From contig OZ251233.1 in the NCBI GenBank assembly GCA_965240325.2, forward strand, positions 1,674,001 through 1,738,000: a DNA stretch of 64,000 bases, given 5' to 3'. Positions 21,782 through 32,733 of this stretch are shown piece after piece. How positions within the stretch are numbered: the first letter of the stretch is position 1; each line of letters starts with the position of its first letter. This DNA comes from Rebecca billardiae RCC1528 (Eukaryota; Protista; Haptophyta). The notes below the pieces were generated by a model that saw only the letters and a list, made by a program, of their open reading frames with translations, was not told where the DNA came from and did not search any database. The position numbers and the translations under genes are program-made.

Positions 21782-23577
21782 CGTTCGTCGGGCGTCGGCG
21801 AAAAGTGAAGTTCGAATTGTCACGCCCGGCCCGACCGTTTCCTCCCGTACACGGCGCTCGTGGTCGGTGGGCGACGACGACGGCAGGTGGCACGGAATTC
21901 TCTGCGACCAAACAAAAAGGGGTCATTGCCACCGGTTGAGAGTGTCGGAACCACTTCATACATAAATGGGGCGGATGAAAAGGTGGGCTCCGTTTCGTAA
22001 CTGGAACTCTGAATCGCATACAGGAACGAAGTCGGCTGATGACTGATTGAGTTGGGTTTTGTACTACTGTACCGAAAATTAGTGTGGCAAGACAGTGGCT
22101 CGGTTTCGTGCGACTCACTTGCCGAGCCACTAGAAGCCACGCTCACCCCAACAATTACACGCAACCCCGTCACAGAAAATATGCACTTGGCCGGCCACCC
22201 ATTTTCGTCGTAATCAATTTTGAGAAGCGCACCCGCACTCACGCCCCAACCTGCCACTCCGCTACCCGTCGCGGCTCGACCTCCCGTCCACTGCCTCGAG
22301 ATGGTTTTCCCGCACACCGAGGGGCGCGACACGCGGAACGCGGAGGGCCACCGACATGGCGCTCGTTCGGGTGACATTGTCGGTGACGTAGACGACTGCG
22401 TCGAGTTCCACGACCTCGAAGAGCCGCTGCGGTGATCTTGGCGGACGTCCGCGTCTGACATGACCCTGCAGTTCCCGCCTCGCGCGACACAGCCGGACGG
22501 CATGGCCAAGCGACATCGCTTGACCGTGTTCCCGGACCAAGCCGTCGCCGCGTCCAGTACCCAGCGTCTTTGCCCACGTGCATCGAGCTGCTGCATCCCG
22601 CCGCGCTCAGCCGTCGTTAGTCAGTTGCGCACCGTCCGAGTCCCGTTCTTGCCAATCGTGTCGTCGCAGTTGCCGTGATGCACCCGCACTCTGCCACACG
22701 GACCCTGCGTGGGAGCCTGAGCATCCGTTGAAGTGGATCGACTCAAACTGACTCGTAAGGAGTAGTCATATCATCACGTGCTATATTGTCATTGAGCGAG
22801 TGCTGACTGATTGCGGTCCGCGCCCGGACAACCGGCGGCCCGGTACAGGTTCTGAAACGGTCACTAATTATATTAGTGTCACTCGATATTAATTTATTAT
22901 TAATTTTATAATATAGTATGATCACTCACAGCCTAACAGTAACAACTCACCGATCCCGCCGACCCGCGTGACTGAGTGACGAGTCCGCGCCAATCCGCGG
23001 CGTCATTGCTCTTGCAGCGGACTCTGAATAAGTAGGCATAAGCCCGGGCGGCGCCGGGGCTGACCCCGGGCGGCCCGGCCCGGGCGCCACTGGCAGTGGA
23101 CCACTGATGAGTGGACTGGCAGTTGACTCGGACGCAGACCCGGTCTAACTGCGAGTGACGGTCCGTTTAATAATATACTCGAGTTATACACGGCATTCAG
23201 TAATGTCGATTGCGCAGAGCCAGAAGCCGAGCCGGCGAGCCGCGTCGATCGTCCGATACGGATTACGGTACTATGGCGGGCCAGCCAGTCTGAGACGGAC
23301 TACTAGTACTACGGCCGCCACCGTGTCCGTAGCGGCCGGGCCGCGGGGCCGTGGCGTCGGTGCCCATGGCCCGCAGCCCGCCGCGCCGCGTCGAGAGCCT
23401 GCGACTGCCGCGCCCGCGCTTGCTGGCACTCAGCATGATCCGGACGATTGCGCACTCTAAGGCCTGCTCTGTGCTCACACAGATGACACAGAAGCCAGAG
23501 ATGAGAGAAGCCCGCGCGCGCCGCGGTGACAAGTCCTCGTGCCGCCTTGAGGCGCGAACGCCAGGCGCGACCGTGAC

Positions 23578-24885
23578 CTATCGCCTGTCATCTCGACGCT
23601 CGGTCGAGCCACGCGGGGCGCACTCGGGCGGCAGCGGGTAGTCGAAGCACACGTAGTCCTGCGCATAGTACTCGCACAGCTGGCGCAGCACGCCCGCCTC
23701 GGCAAGCGTGGCGCGCGTCACGCGGCAGGCGTCGACCCCGCCCGTACCGCCGTCGCCCTCGGCGGCGTCGCTGAGTCGACTCATCCACGTGTCTGGCAGC
23801 GCGCCCGGGTAGAGCTCGTGCAGCTCGGGTGCCCGCCCACCGAGCAGCGGCAGCCCGGCCACGCGCCTGCGCCTGGGCGCCTCCAGCTGCCGAACCTCTC
23901 GCAGCCGGACGTACCGAGGGCGGTCCTGCCGCAGCCGCCCGGACCCCGGGTCTGGGCGGAAGGCGCAGCCGAGCTCGTGCGCCTGGGTGGCGGTGTGCAG
24001 GTCGTAGCGCAAAGCGGCGAAGGGCACGCCGTCGCGCGCGCTGCCCGCCACGGTGCTGTTCCCTCCCGCGCGGCGCGCTGCCTCTGGAGCCATCATGCCG
24101 CTCACGAAGTGGGACAGGACCGCTTCCTTCGCAGCGCACGCGCGCGGGCCCGACGGCCAGCGCGAGAGGGCGCGGTGCTGCAGCTTCGTGATGGTCGTCG
24201 CGTCGGTCGCGTCGAGTACGGTGTTGTACCCCAGCACAAAGCGCGCGATGGGCTCGCGCACGGCCGTGAATGCAACGTGCTTGCGCGCTGCGCCTCGGCC
24301 TGCGCCGCCGGCAACGACAGCGCGTGCGCGCGACGTCACGGCCAGCCTCCGCTCCCGGGTTTTCCTGGCTGCTGGGTCGTCGTACGTGTTCCGAGCGCCA
24401 CCGAACATCGACTGCGGGTTGCACGAGCGCATGTACTTGAGCTTGAGCCGGTGCGCGACCGAGCCGTTTGCATGCAGCAGGGTCGCGTGCGCACGCGTCG
24501 CCGCTGCATGCACTGTCACGTAGACGAGCGTGCCGTCCGTCTTGATCTCGCTCTGCGCGTGGGGGTAGAAGGGGTCGTAGCACCGCCCCTCGCGAGACCA
24601 CTCCCGCCGTCCGTCCACGCGCACCCACGACGGCTTTGGCGGCGGCATCGGCCGCGCGCATGGCAGCTGCACATGCCCATCCGCATACAGCCGCTCGCAC
24701 GTCGGTGTGTACAGGTTGAGCGTGCGGGCGTGGTGCTCGCCGGCCTCGGCGCGCGCGCGCGCGCGCGCGCGCTCGATCTGTGCCATCACGTCCGTCACGT
24801 CCGTCACGTCCGTCTCGCCGGCCCGGGCTGAGCGCGGCCAGCTGGCCCACAGCACGAGTACGTGTGCAGCTCGCGAGCCCGCCAT
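23578..24885 (-). CDS. Carbohydrate sulfotransferase-like protein (Sulfotransfer_2-like)
   Basis: FTAVREPIARFVLGY (3'-PB-like motif) and C-terminal LCEYYAQDYVCFDY; signal-like N-terminus; 5'-PSB lysine degenerate (VTVHAAAT). Confidence 0.65.
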   Translation of the reverse strand: MAGSRAAHVLVLWASWPRSARAGETDVTDVTDVMAQIERARARARAEAGEHHARTLNLYTPTCERLYADGHVQLPCARPMPPPKPSWVRVDGRREWSREGRCYDPFYPHAQSEIKTDGTLVYVTVHAAATRAHATLLHANGSVAHRLKLKYMRSCNPQSMFGGARNTYDDPAARKTRERRLAVTSRARAVVAGGAGRGAARKHVAFTAVREPIARFVLGYNTVLDATDATTITKLQHRALSRWPSGPRACAAKEAVLSHFVSGMMAPEAARRAGGNSTVAGSARDGVPFAALRYDLHTATQAHELGCAFRPDPGSGRLRQDRPRYVRLREVRQLEAPRRRRVAGLPLLGGRAPELHELYPGALPDTWMSRLSDAAEGDGGTGGVDACRVTRATLAEAGVLRQLCEYYAQDYVCFDYPLPPECAPRGSTERRDDRR

Positions 24886-25018
24886 CGTGCCGCCCCGCGC
24901 CGGTCGTGTTCAGCGGCAGTCCGGGTGCGCAGTGCGTCTGTGGCCTGTGCGCAGTGCGCACTGCTGGCGCCCGGCTCTGCCGACCGTCGTCGTCGCAGGA
25001 GAATCTAACACGACAACC

Positions 25019-27635
25019 ATGCGCGCGCTCGTCCCGGCGCTGTGCTGCCTCGACGTGTGCTTGCTCGCGGCGGCGGCCGCATGCGCCCGGGGCACGCCGA
25101 CGTGGCACGTGTGGCGCGACGGGCGCTTCTACTTTGCCGACTCCGTCCTCGACCTGCTCGCGGGCGCGGCCGTTCGCTGCGCGCTCGTGTGCGCGCTGCT
25201 GGCGCTCGCCGCGCGCGTGCACGCGCCGCCCAAGCCACGCCGCAGCGGCGGCCCGCTCGCCACGCCGCTGATCGACGCAAGCGCCGACGACGTCGATGCC
25301 GACGGCCACGGCCCGGCCCGCCTGGCTGCCCGCCGGGCGAGCCGTCTCCTCCTGGGCTCACGCGTCGTCCTCCTCGGCATCACGGCCGCTTACCTAGTGT
25401 GCAAGTGCCTCACGCGGCTCGTGGCCGGCCCGCCCGCGGAGCCGTCCGAGCGCTCACGCGAGGTGGTCTTCTGGGCCGCCGTCGGCGCCACCCTCGCACT
25501 CAGCGTCGCGGAGCACTCGGCGCTCGCGCGCGTGTGGCTCGACCAGCCGATCGCGAGCGGGGAGGCCGCCGACGCGCCCGCGGCCGCCGACGCGACGGGC
25601 ACGCCGGCGCGCTCGGCGCGCGTGCGGGACGTGCTCGCGCTGTGCGCGACCGACTGGCCGCTCTTCATCCAGGCCTTCTGCGGCCTCTCCGTCGCCGCCG
25701 CGGGCGAGTCCGCCATCCCGTACCTCTACGGCGAGATACTTAATGAGATCGCCCTCTCTGAGAACCCGACCGCCTTCCATCGGCCGATGGCGCTGCTCGT
25801 GCTCACGGCGGGCGTGACGGGGCTCGCGACGGGCGTGCGCGGCGCGACGTTCACCATCCTCGGCGCCCGCTTCTCCACGCGCATGCGCCAGCGCCTGCTC
25901 GACGCGCTGCTGCGTGCGGAGATGGGCTTTTTCGACTCCGTCAAGACGGGCGACATCTCTAGCCGGCTGGCGGCCGACTGCCAGAAGGTGGGCGACCAGG
26001 TCGAGCTGAACGTGAACGTGTTCGTGCGCTCGCTGCTGCAGGCGCGCGCAGCGCGCGGGGCCGCGCCGCCGAGCCGGCCCACTCCGCGCGCGCCGCGGCT
26101 CACGCCCCACGCACGCGCCGCCCTCGCCCCGCGGCCGCGCGCGCCCGCCGCGCTCGCGACAGGTGGTGCTCACGACCGCCGCGATGTTCGCCATCAACGC
26201 GCGGCTGGGCGCGGTGGCGTTCGTCTCCGTGCCGCCCATCGTCGTCGCCTCGCGTGTCTTCGGCACCTTCATCCGCAAGCTCGTCAAGGACTACCAGAAG
26301 GCTTTGGCCGACTCGACGGCCGTCGCTGAGGAGGCGCTTGGCTCGATGCGGACCGTGCGCGCGTTCGCGGCCGAGGCGGAGGTGTCGGCGGCGTACCAGC
26401 GCGACATGCGCAAGTACCGCCGGCTGGTGTACCGCGAGGCGGGCGCGTACTTCTGGTACTCCTCGCTCACCTTCACCTTCCTGCCGTACTGCTCCGCCTG
26501 CCTCGTGCTCTTCTACGGCGCGCAGCTCGTGCAGTCGGGCGGCATGCGTCCGGGGCAGCTCGTTTCGTTCGTCTTCTATCTTCAGGCGCTGCAGGGCTCG
26601 TTCAACTCGCTGGCGAGCATCTACACGGGGCTCACGCAGGCGGTGGGCGCGGCGGACAAGGTGTTCGAGTGGATCGAGCGCGAGCCGCGCGTCTCGCCGC
26701 GCGGCGCGCTCATGCACGGCAGCGCGCAGCACGCGAGCGGCGAGCTCCGCCTCGACTCTGTGCACTTCAGCTACCCGGCGCGGCCGGGCGTGCGCGTGCT
26801 CAGGGGGCTGAGCCTCGAGGTGAAGCCTGGGCAGGTGGTCGCGCTGTGCGGCACGTCGGGCGGCGGCAAGTCGTCGGTGCTCGCGCTGCTCCAGCGCTGG
26901 TACGACCCCGAGCCGCCGCCCGCCGACGCGGCCGCCGCCAACGGCTCGGCGGGCTCGGGCGCGCGGCCGAGCGGCACCGTCACCCTCGACGGCCGCGACG
27001 TGCGCGAGTTTGATTCCGTGTGGTATCACACCAACGTCTCGATCGTCTCGCAGGAGCCGACGCTGTTCTCGCGCTCGATCCGCGACAACGTGCGCCTCGG
27101 CCTGCTCCCGCCCTCCGCCGACGGCGCCGCGCCCGCCGACGACGCGCGCCCCGTCGTCGGCGACGCGGAGGTGGAGCAGGCGTGCCGCGAGGCGAACGCG
27201 CACGAGTTCATCAGCACGTTCCCAAATGGGTACGACACGGACGTGGGCGAGCGCGGCGTGCAGCTCAGCGGCGGGCAGAAGCAGCGCATCGCGATCGCGC
27301 GCGCGCTGGTGCGCCGGCCGCGCGTGCTCTTCCTCGACGAGGCCACCTCCGCCCTCGACGCCGAGTCCGAGGCGCTCGTGCAGTCGGCGATCGACCAGAT
27401 GATCCTCAACTCGGGCGGGCGGATGACGGTCGTCGTGATCGCGCATCGGCTCTCCACGATCCGCTCGGCCTCGCAGATCGCCGTGGTGAGCGGCGGCACG
27501 GTGGTCGAGCTGGGCACGCACGACGAGCTGCTCGCGCGCGACGGCGCGTACGCACAGCTCGTGCGCATGCAGCTGCAGGGCCCGCCCGACACGCTCCGCA
27601 GCACCTCGCGCGAGAGCGCGGGCGGCGCCGCCTGA
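25019..27635 (+). CDS. ABC transporter subfamily B half-transporter (TAP/ABCB9-like); GC-AG intron 26042-26162
   Basis: TMD with FFDSVKTGDISSRL, Walker A GTSGGGKS, Q-loop VSQEP, LSGGQKQR, Walker B LFLDEATSALD, IAHRLST. Confidence 0.95.
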
Positions 27636-28239
27636 GCGCTGACTCCGTCGGCGTCTGCCGTCCGTTGCCAGCCGTCAGTCACTAGATAGGCAGCTTCAAG
27701 TCACGTATACGTGAACTGAACACATGGCGGCGAAGGCCTGCGATGATGTGGCGGTGCACGTTTGGCGGCGGGCGCGGAGGCTTAAACATATATATCGTCA
27801 TATATGCCGCGCCCCGGCCGCGGTGCCGCAGCGCGGCCGCTGGCCGGATATGTCGTCACGTAGTAGTCATCACTCACTCTCAGACGACGAGTCACAAAGC
27901 CTAATAAGGCTAAAGCCTGACGATGTCATCATCACGCGACATCGTCAGACTCAGTGATGGACAGACTCGCATCAGCATTCGGGCAGTGCCAGTGGTGCTG
28001 ATGAGTTCAGTGGTGATCGACCACTGATACTGATAGTGGCGACCATCTCGGATCCCGCCTGCTCGGCTGCTCAGCCTGCTGTGCGGCTGCTGTTTCAGTG
28101 GTCGTCGCGTCGTCTTATATTATTATATATTGCTGACCCGCCGGGTCCGGGGCCACGGATAAGTCATAAATTGTGACATCTATCATTCAAATTCAATGCG
28201 TGCCGCGCTGGCAGCGCGCTGCGGCCGCCAGAGTCGCAG

Positions 28240-28971
28240 CTAGGGCGCATCAGAGTTCACTCGCACCGCCAGCCAGCAGAAGGCGCGCGGCACGTCGCGC
28301 GCACGCGGCGCCGTGCCGAATAAGTCGTCGATGACGGGCATCGTGAAGGAGAGCCAATGCTCGTGCGAGTGAACGTGATGCAGCAAGTGCCGCGCTCGCA
28401 CGCGCGCCCAGTGCCCGCTCAGCGGGATGCGCGTGTGCACCGCAAAGTGCACCCACGAGTATATACCCCCGCACGCTGTGTACGCGGCGACCGAGCTGAG
28501 CGCGAGCGCGCGGGGCAGGCTTCTGATGGCGATGGCGCCAACGACCGCGAACCAGACCACCGCGAGCGGCAGCGAGTCGATCGAGACGTGGTGGAAGGGC
28601 ATGAGGTGGTGGTCTGTGTGCACACTCAAGTTGGTCACATGCAGCGCCCGGTGAAGCAGCCATTCTTGGACCCACCACAGCACTGGCGTCGCCACGAGCA
28701 CGGAGGACTCCGCTGCAGACAGAGGCTCGGCCACGCGGAGGCGCGCCGCACACGCGCACATGACGGCGAGAACGATGAACACGGGTGTGGGGTGCCCAAA
28801 GAAGGCACGCACAGCAGCCGCGCGCGTCGTCGGCACGTCAAACTTGCCGCTGGTGCTGATCGGGCGGAGCACGGCACGAGCCTCATCATCCAGTTGCTCG
28901 ATGCTCATCAGTGGGCGCGGATTGTGCGCTCGAAACGCCTTGAGCGCGCTGGCCACCTCCGGCGTCATCAT
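28240..28971 (-). CDS. Fatty acid hydroxylase superfamily protein
   Basis: His boxes HRALH, HTDHH, HFAVH, HLLHH and IDDLFGT. Confidence 0.85.
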   Translation of the reverse strand: MMTPEVASALKAFRAHNPRPLMSIEQLDDEARAVLRPISTSGKFDVPTTRAAAVRAFFGHPTPVFIVLAVMCACAARLRVAEPLSAAESSVLVATPVLWWVQEWLLHRALHVTNLSVHTDHHLMPFHHVSIDSLPLAVVWFAVVGAIAIRSLPRALALSSVAAYTACGGIYSWVHFAVHTRIPLSGHWARVRARHLLHHVHSHEHWLSFTMPVIDDLFGTAPRARDVPRAFCWLAVRVNSDAP

Positions 28972-29114
28972 GGTGCGGCGTGCGCACGCGTTCGCGCGGT
29001 GACGCCCCCTTCGTGATCACGCGTGATCTCGCGAAAGTCATGCAAGGTCGAGTTTCGTCGAAATGGCTGCCGAGCGTGAATTTGAAATGCATGAAAACCC
29101 GCTCCAACGCCAGC

Positions 29115-30076
29115 ATGGTCGTCGTGTCCGCGGCGATCGCCCACCTGTACCCTGACGAGGAGGAACTCGAGCAGGAGCTCAAGGGCCTAGATGAGGCCGA
29201 GGGGCACGCGGTCGAGGCCATCCGGGCCGAGTTTGCTTCCAAGCGCGACTCCGCGCGCGAGAACTTCCACGCTAGGATGCTCGAGGCGCGCAGGCAGGAG
29301 GTCGAGCTGGCAGCCAGGCTCGAGGCGGAGCGCGTGGCGCGCGAGGAGGCTCGCAGGCGCGAGGACGAGCTGGCGAAGCAGGCCGAGCTCGAGCGCATCC
29401 GCGTCGAATACGAGCAGCAGCGTACGGTGAGGCCCCGCTCCGCTCGCTGCGCTCAGCCAGATGCCGTCGTGGACATGCCTGACATGTGCTCAATCGGATG
29501 CCCCCACCCTCCCGCCCCGCCCCGCCCCACCGCACTATCGCGCAGCGCGATGAGGCCGCACAGGCCGAGGAGCAAGCGCGGCTTGGCGCCGAGCTCGAGC
29601 GCCAGCGGGCGGCCAAGCAGGCTCAGCACCCAGCGTCGAGTGCACCGAGCTCGAACTTCGAGAGCCGGCAGTACCGGTTCGCGCCGGGCGTGGACGAGGC
29701 GTTCCGCAGCCTGAAGCGGCCTGCGCCGGGTACACGCACACTAGTGCTGCGCATCGAGCACGACGAAGGCACGCTCGAGATCGACGGCGAGTTTGATGGC
29801 GAGTCGCTCGACGACGTTGCTGCCGACATGTCCGAGGCGGTTCCCCGCTACGTGCTGCACACGTTCCCCTGGGCGCGCGCAGACGGACGGACCCAATACC
29901 CACTGGCCCTGGTGACGGTCATGCCCCGCGCTGTCCCTGCACAGCTGCGTGTCATGTACTCGCGCCCCATCTCTGAGCTGCGTGACCACCTGGGCGTCTC
30001 GCGCGCCTTCACGTGTGAAGATGTCGAGGATTTGGGCCAAGCCTGGCTCGAGGAGCAGCTCGAGGGCAGGCGCTGA
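29115..30076 (+). CDS. Coiled-coil + glia maturation factor (ADF-H)-like protein; intron 29427-29545
   Basis: PRYVLHTFPWARADGRTQYPL matches the GMF-type ADF-H motif; phase-0 GTGAGG...CGCAG intron joins the two ORFs. Confidence 0.8.
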
Positions 30077-30584
30077 TCGCGGCGAGCAGCCACTACCGTT
30101 GACGCGAGCCGTCTGGCACGGACCGTGACAGACGAGTGCGACTGCGACGGCGAGTGACCACACCACGGACGTCGTGTCATTCGTATACTGGACCGCCGCG
30201 ACGAGGACGACGAAGCTGCCGCGCGCGGTCAGTCCGGACCCGGAGTCTGCAGCGGCCGCCCGCAGACTCGGCCAGTAGCCAGTAGGCAGTACGGTCGGAC
30301 TCGGAGTTGGTCCGGCGGACCGGCCGCGCTGCGATCCTGCCAGACAGCGAGTGGCAGCGAGTCTCGTTAACATTATTCGTCATCACGTCACTCGTCATTA
30401 CAGGTACTCACTACTCGTCATCACGGTCAGGTGTCACGCGCGGGTCCCGGTCAGTCACCCGGACTTTATTAAAAAATCCCGCGACCGCGTCGCCGTCGGC
30501 CCGGTCCCGCCGGTCCGCGGGCCGTGCCCGGGCTGCCGCCCGGCTGCCGGCGGCGGCTGGCCGCGGCGGCAGCACTCTCAGCGC

Positions 30585-30587
<3 letters not shown>

Positions 30588-30654
<67 letters not shown>
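30588..30654. repeat. (TA)n microsatellite
   Basis: Direct observation. Confidence 0.98.
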
Positions 30655-30659
<5 letters not shown>

Positions 30660-32733
30660 ATTAAATAAAGCATTATACTAGCCCGGCGACACTGACTCAC
30701 TCGGAACTTTTACTTGCCGCCGGGCCCGGGCTGCGGGCCCCTGTGGCCTGTGGCCGCCTGCCCCTTCATTCAGAAGTGCCCGCCCGCCCGCCAATAAGTA
30801 TATATGTATAATCGTGCTGCGCCTGCGGCGACGAACCGACGATAGTACATCGAAATGCATATGACAGTATACGGTAATACGTATGTACTCATACCGGATT
30901 CCGGAAGCGCAAAAGGCCCGATCATCCGCGCAGTGTGTAAAGCGGCGCGGTCGGCTGTTCATGAGTGTTCATTCCGAAGCTTGCAAGTATAGTCAGTGAC
31001 AGACAGGTTGCACGCAAAAATGACCGCCCGCGACTGACAGATGTTACATTCACAGTGGACGCGACCTGTCCACCCGTCTTTCGGTACATCGCGCCCGTCC
31101 CATGGCGGCCGGCGCGTGGCGCGAGTGCTTGGAAACGGAGGAGCACACGAAGGTCGTCCGTTTCCGACCTTCGCGGCCAGGGCCCGCCTCCCCGTTCGCC
31201 CGCAATCGGTACCACAGTCTGGTGCCCAGTTCCTCTCACTCCCGCGTCGGCAGTGGCGCGAAGCCGAAGCGCATCGGGAAGAAGCACAAGGTGACCTGGA
31301 TACAGGTGGTAGATAGAGCCTTCAATGAGGCTGCCGTCGCGAACGATCAAGATGCACCGGTTGCGGTATGCGCGTGCACCCTTGCACGAACGTGTGCTGG
31401 TCTCCTGCTGCGCTGCTCATACCGTACGCACGAGCGCGCAACCGTGCGCACGCGCTCAGGTGGCTCGGACCACACACGCGAGTGCTTGTGAAGCTCGCCT
31501 CACGAGGCCTTCGTAGAAGAAGGCGGGCAACCGTAGCGCGCTAAGGAAGCAGAAGAAGATGCTCGCCAAACGCGTCCAGCGCGCGAGGGTGAAGCTTGCT
31601 ACGGCGCGCGCGGCCTCTGCTGTTGCAGCTCGGGCCGCTGCTCCGGCCGTGCAGGCGTCTGGCGCGGGGTCCTCAGACAAGCAGGCGAACTCTGGGCAGT
31701 CTGCCTTTGCCGCCGGCAAGAAGTATCGGAAGCGCACACATTTGGTCGTGCGCGTGGCGCGCTCGCGCGCTGTGACGCAGCAAGCAGGCGATCCTTGACA
31801 AGCGCCTCGCTGACGCTCAGCAGGCCGAGGCGACGAGAGGCGCTCGACCACGCCGACAGGCACGCCCTGAGCGAGGGGGAAGGCACCTTTCGAGACAGCA
31901 CTCAGTCGCTCGACTTTGAGTATGTCGTTGATCGCGCGCGTGTGTGATCACGTCAGCAAGACTAAGTCGCGCGAGGTGGAGTAGGTGGTAGCGCGCCTCT
32001 TCGCCGCATCATCTGCAGCTGACTGGCGTGCACCCGCCAGCTCGCTCACGTCGCGCGCGGCAGCGGTCGGCTTCCACCCTGTTCGCACAGCGCGGCGCCG
32101 GCTGCACCGCCCGTTCCGCTGGACGCCGGCTCGCTCGTCGTTGACGACTTCTTCTTCAACCCGGTCGCGCGGGCGCGGTGATGGTACGGTACACTCCGGC
32201 AGGCAGATGCGGCGCACTGTCTGATGCTCTGCTATGCGTGCGCGTGCCTTTCCACGACGTCGACTCAGGCTGCTACGCGTGGCATCCAGCTCGAGGCGGA
32301 GGTCGCCGAGGCTCGCCCAAGGTCGAGTCTGCCTTGCGTGTGCTAGGTCGCCGAGGCGCGGCCGCAGGGTGCTCGCTGGCTGACTCCTGATGATGACGAG
32401 GAGTTGCGCGCCGTCGCAACCTCTCGCACGCATGGTGCCGACCGAGTCGAGCGGATGACGCTCGTGGCGGCTGCTCTTCAAATGACGCGGTCGGGCCCTT
32501 GGCGAGCTTGGGAGGAGGGCTCGGTCTGCTACATGTGCGTCAGTAGTCATGGCCTAAACCGTGCGCAAGACTCATTGAGTCGTACATGGCGCGGCAGCAA
32601 CGGCCGCACCCCGTGGGCACCGTGGGCGGGCAGCCATGCTCCAAAGGGCCGAAATGTAACACCAAGGTCAGTTTCCCGTGCAACCTGTCGACAGTAGACA
32701 GCGGCGCCCGGCGGTTCACGAGTTGTCGAGTCT

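Noticed and set aside
21860-22740. Short ORFs and AT-richer TE-like sequence
   Set aside because: No TIR pair, TSD or protein motif identified
30965-32600. Coding-like fragments (Lys/Arg-rich short ORFs, a possible intron)
   Set aside because: Interrupted by stops and no recognisable domain; could be a pseudogene but cannot be supported
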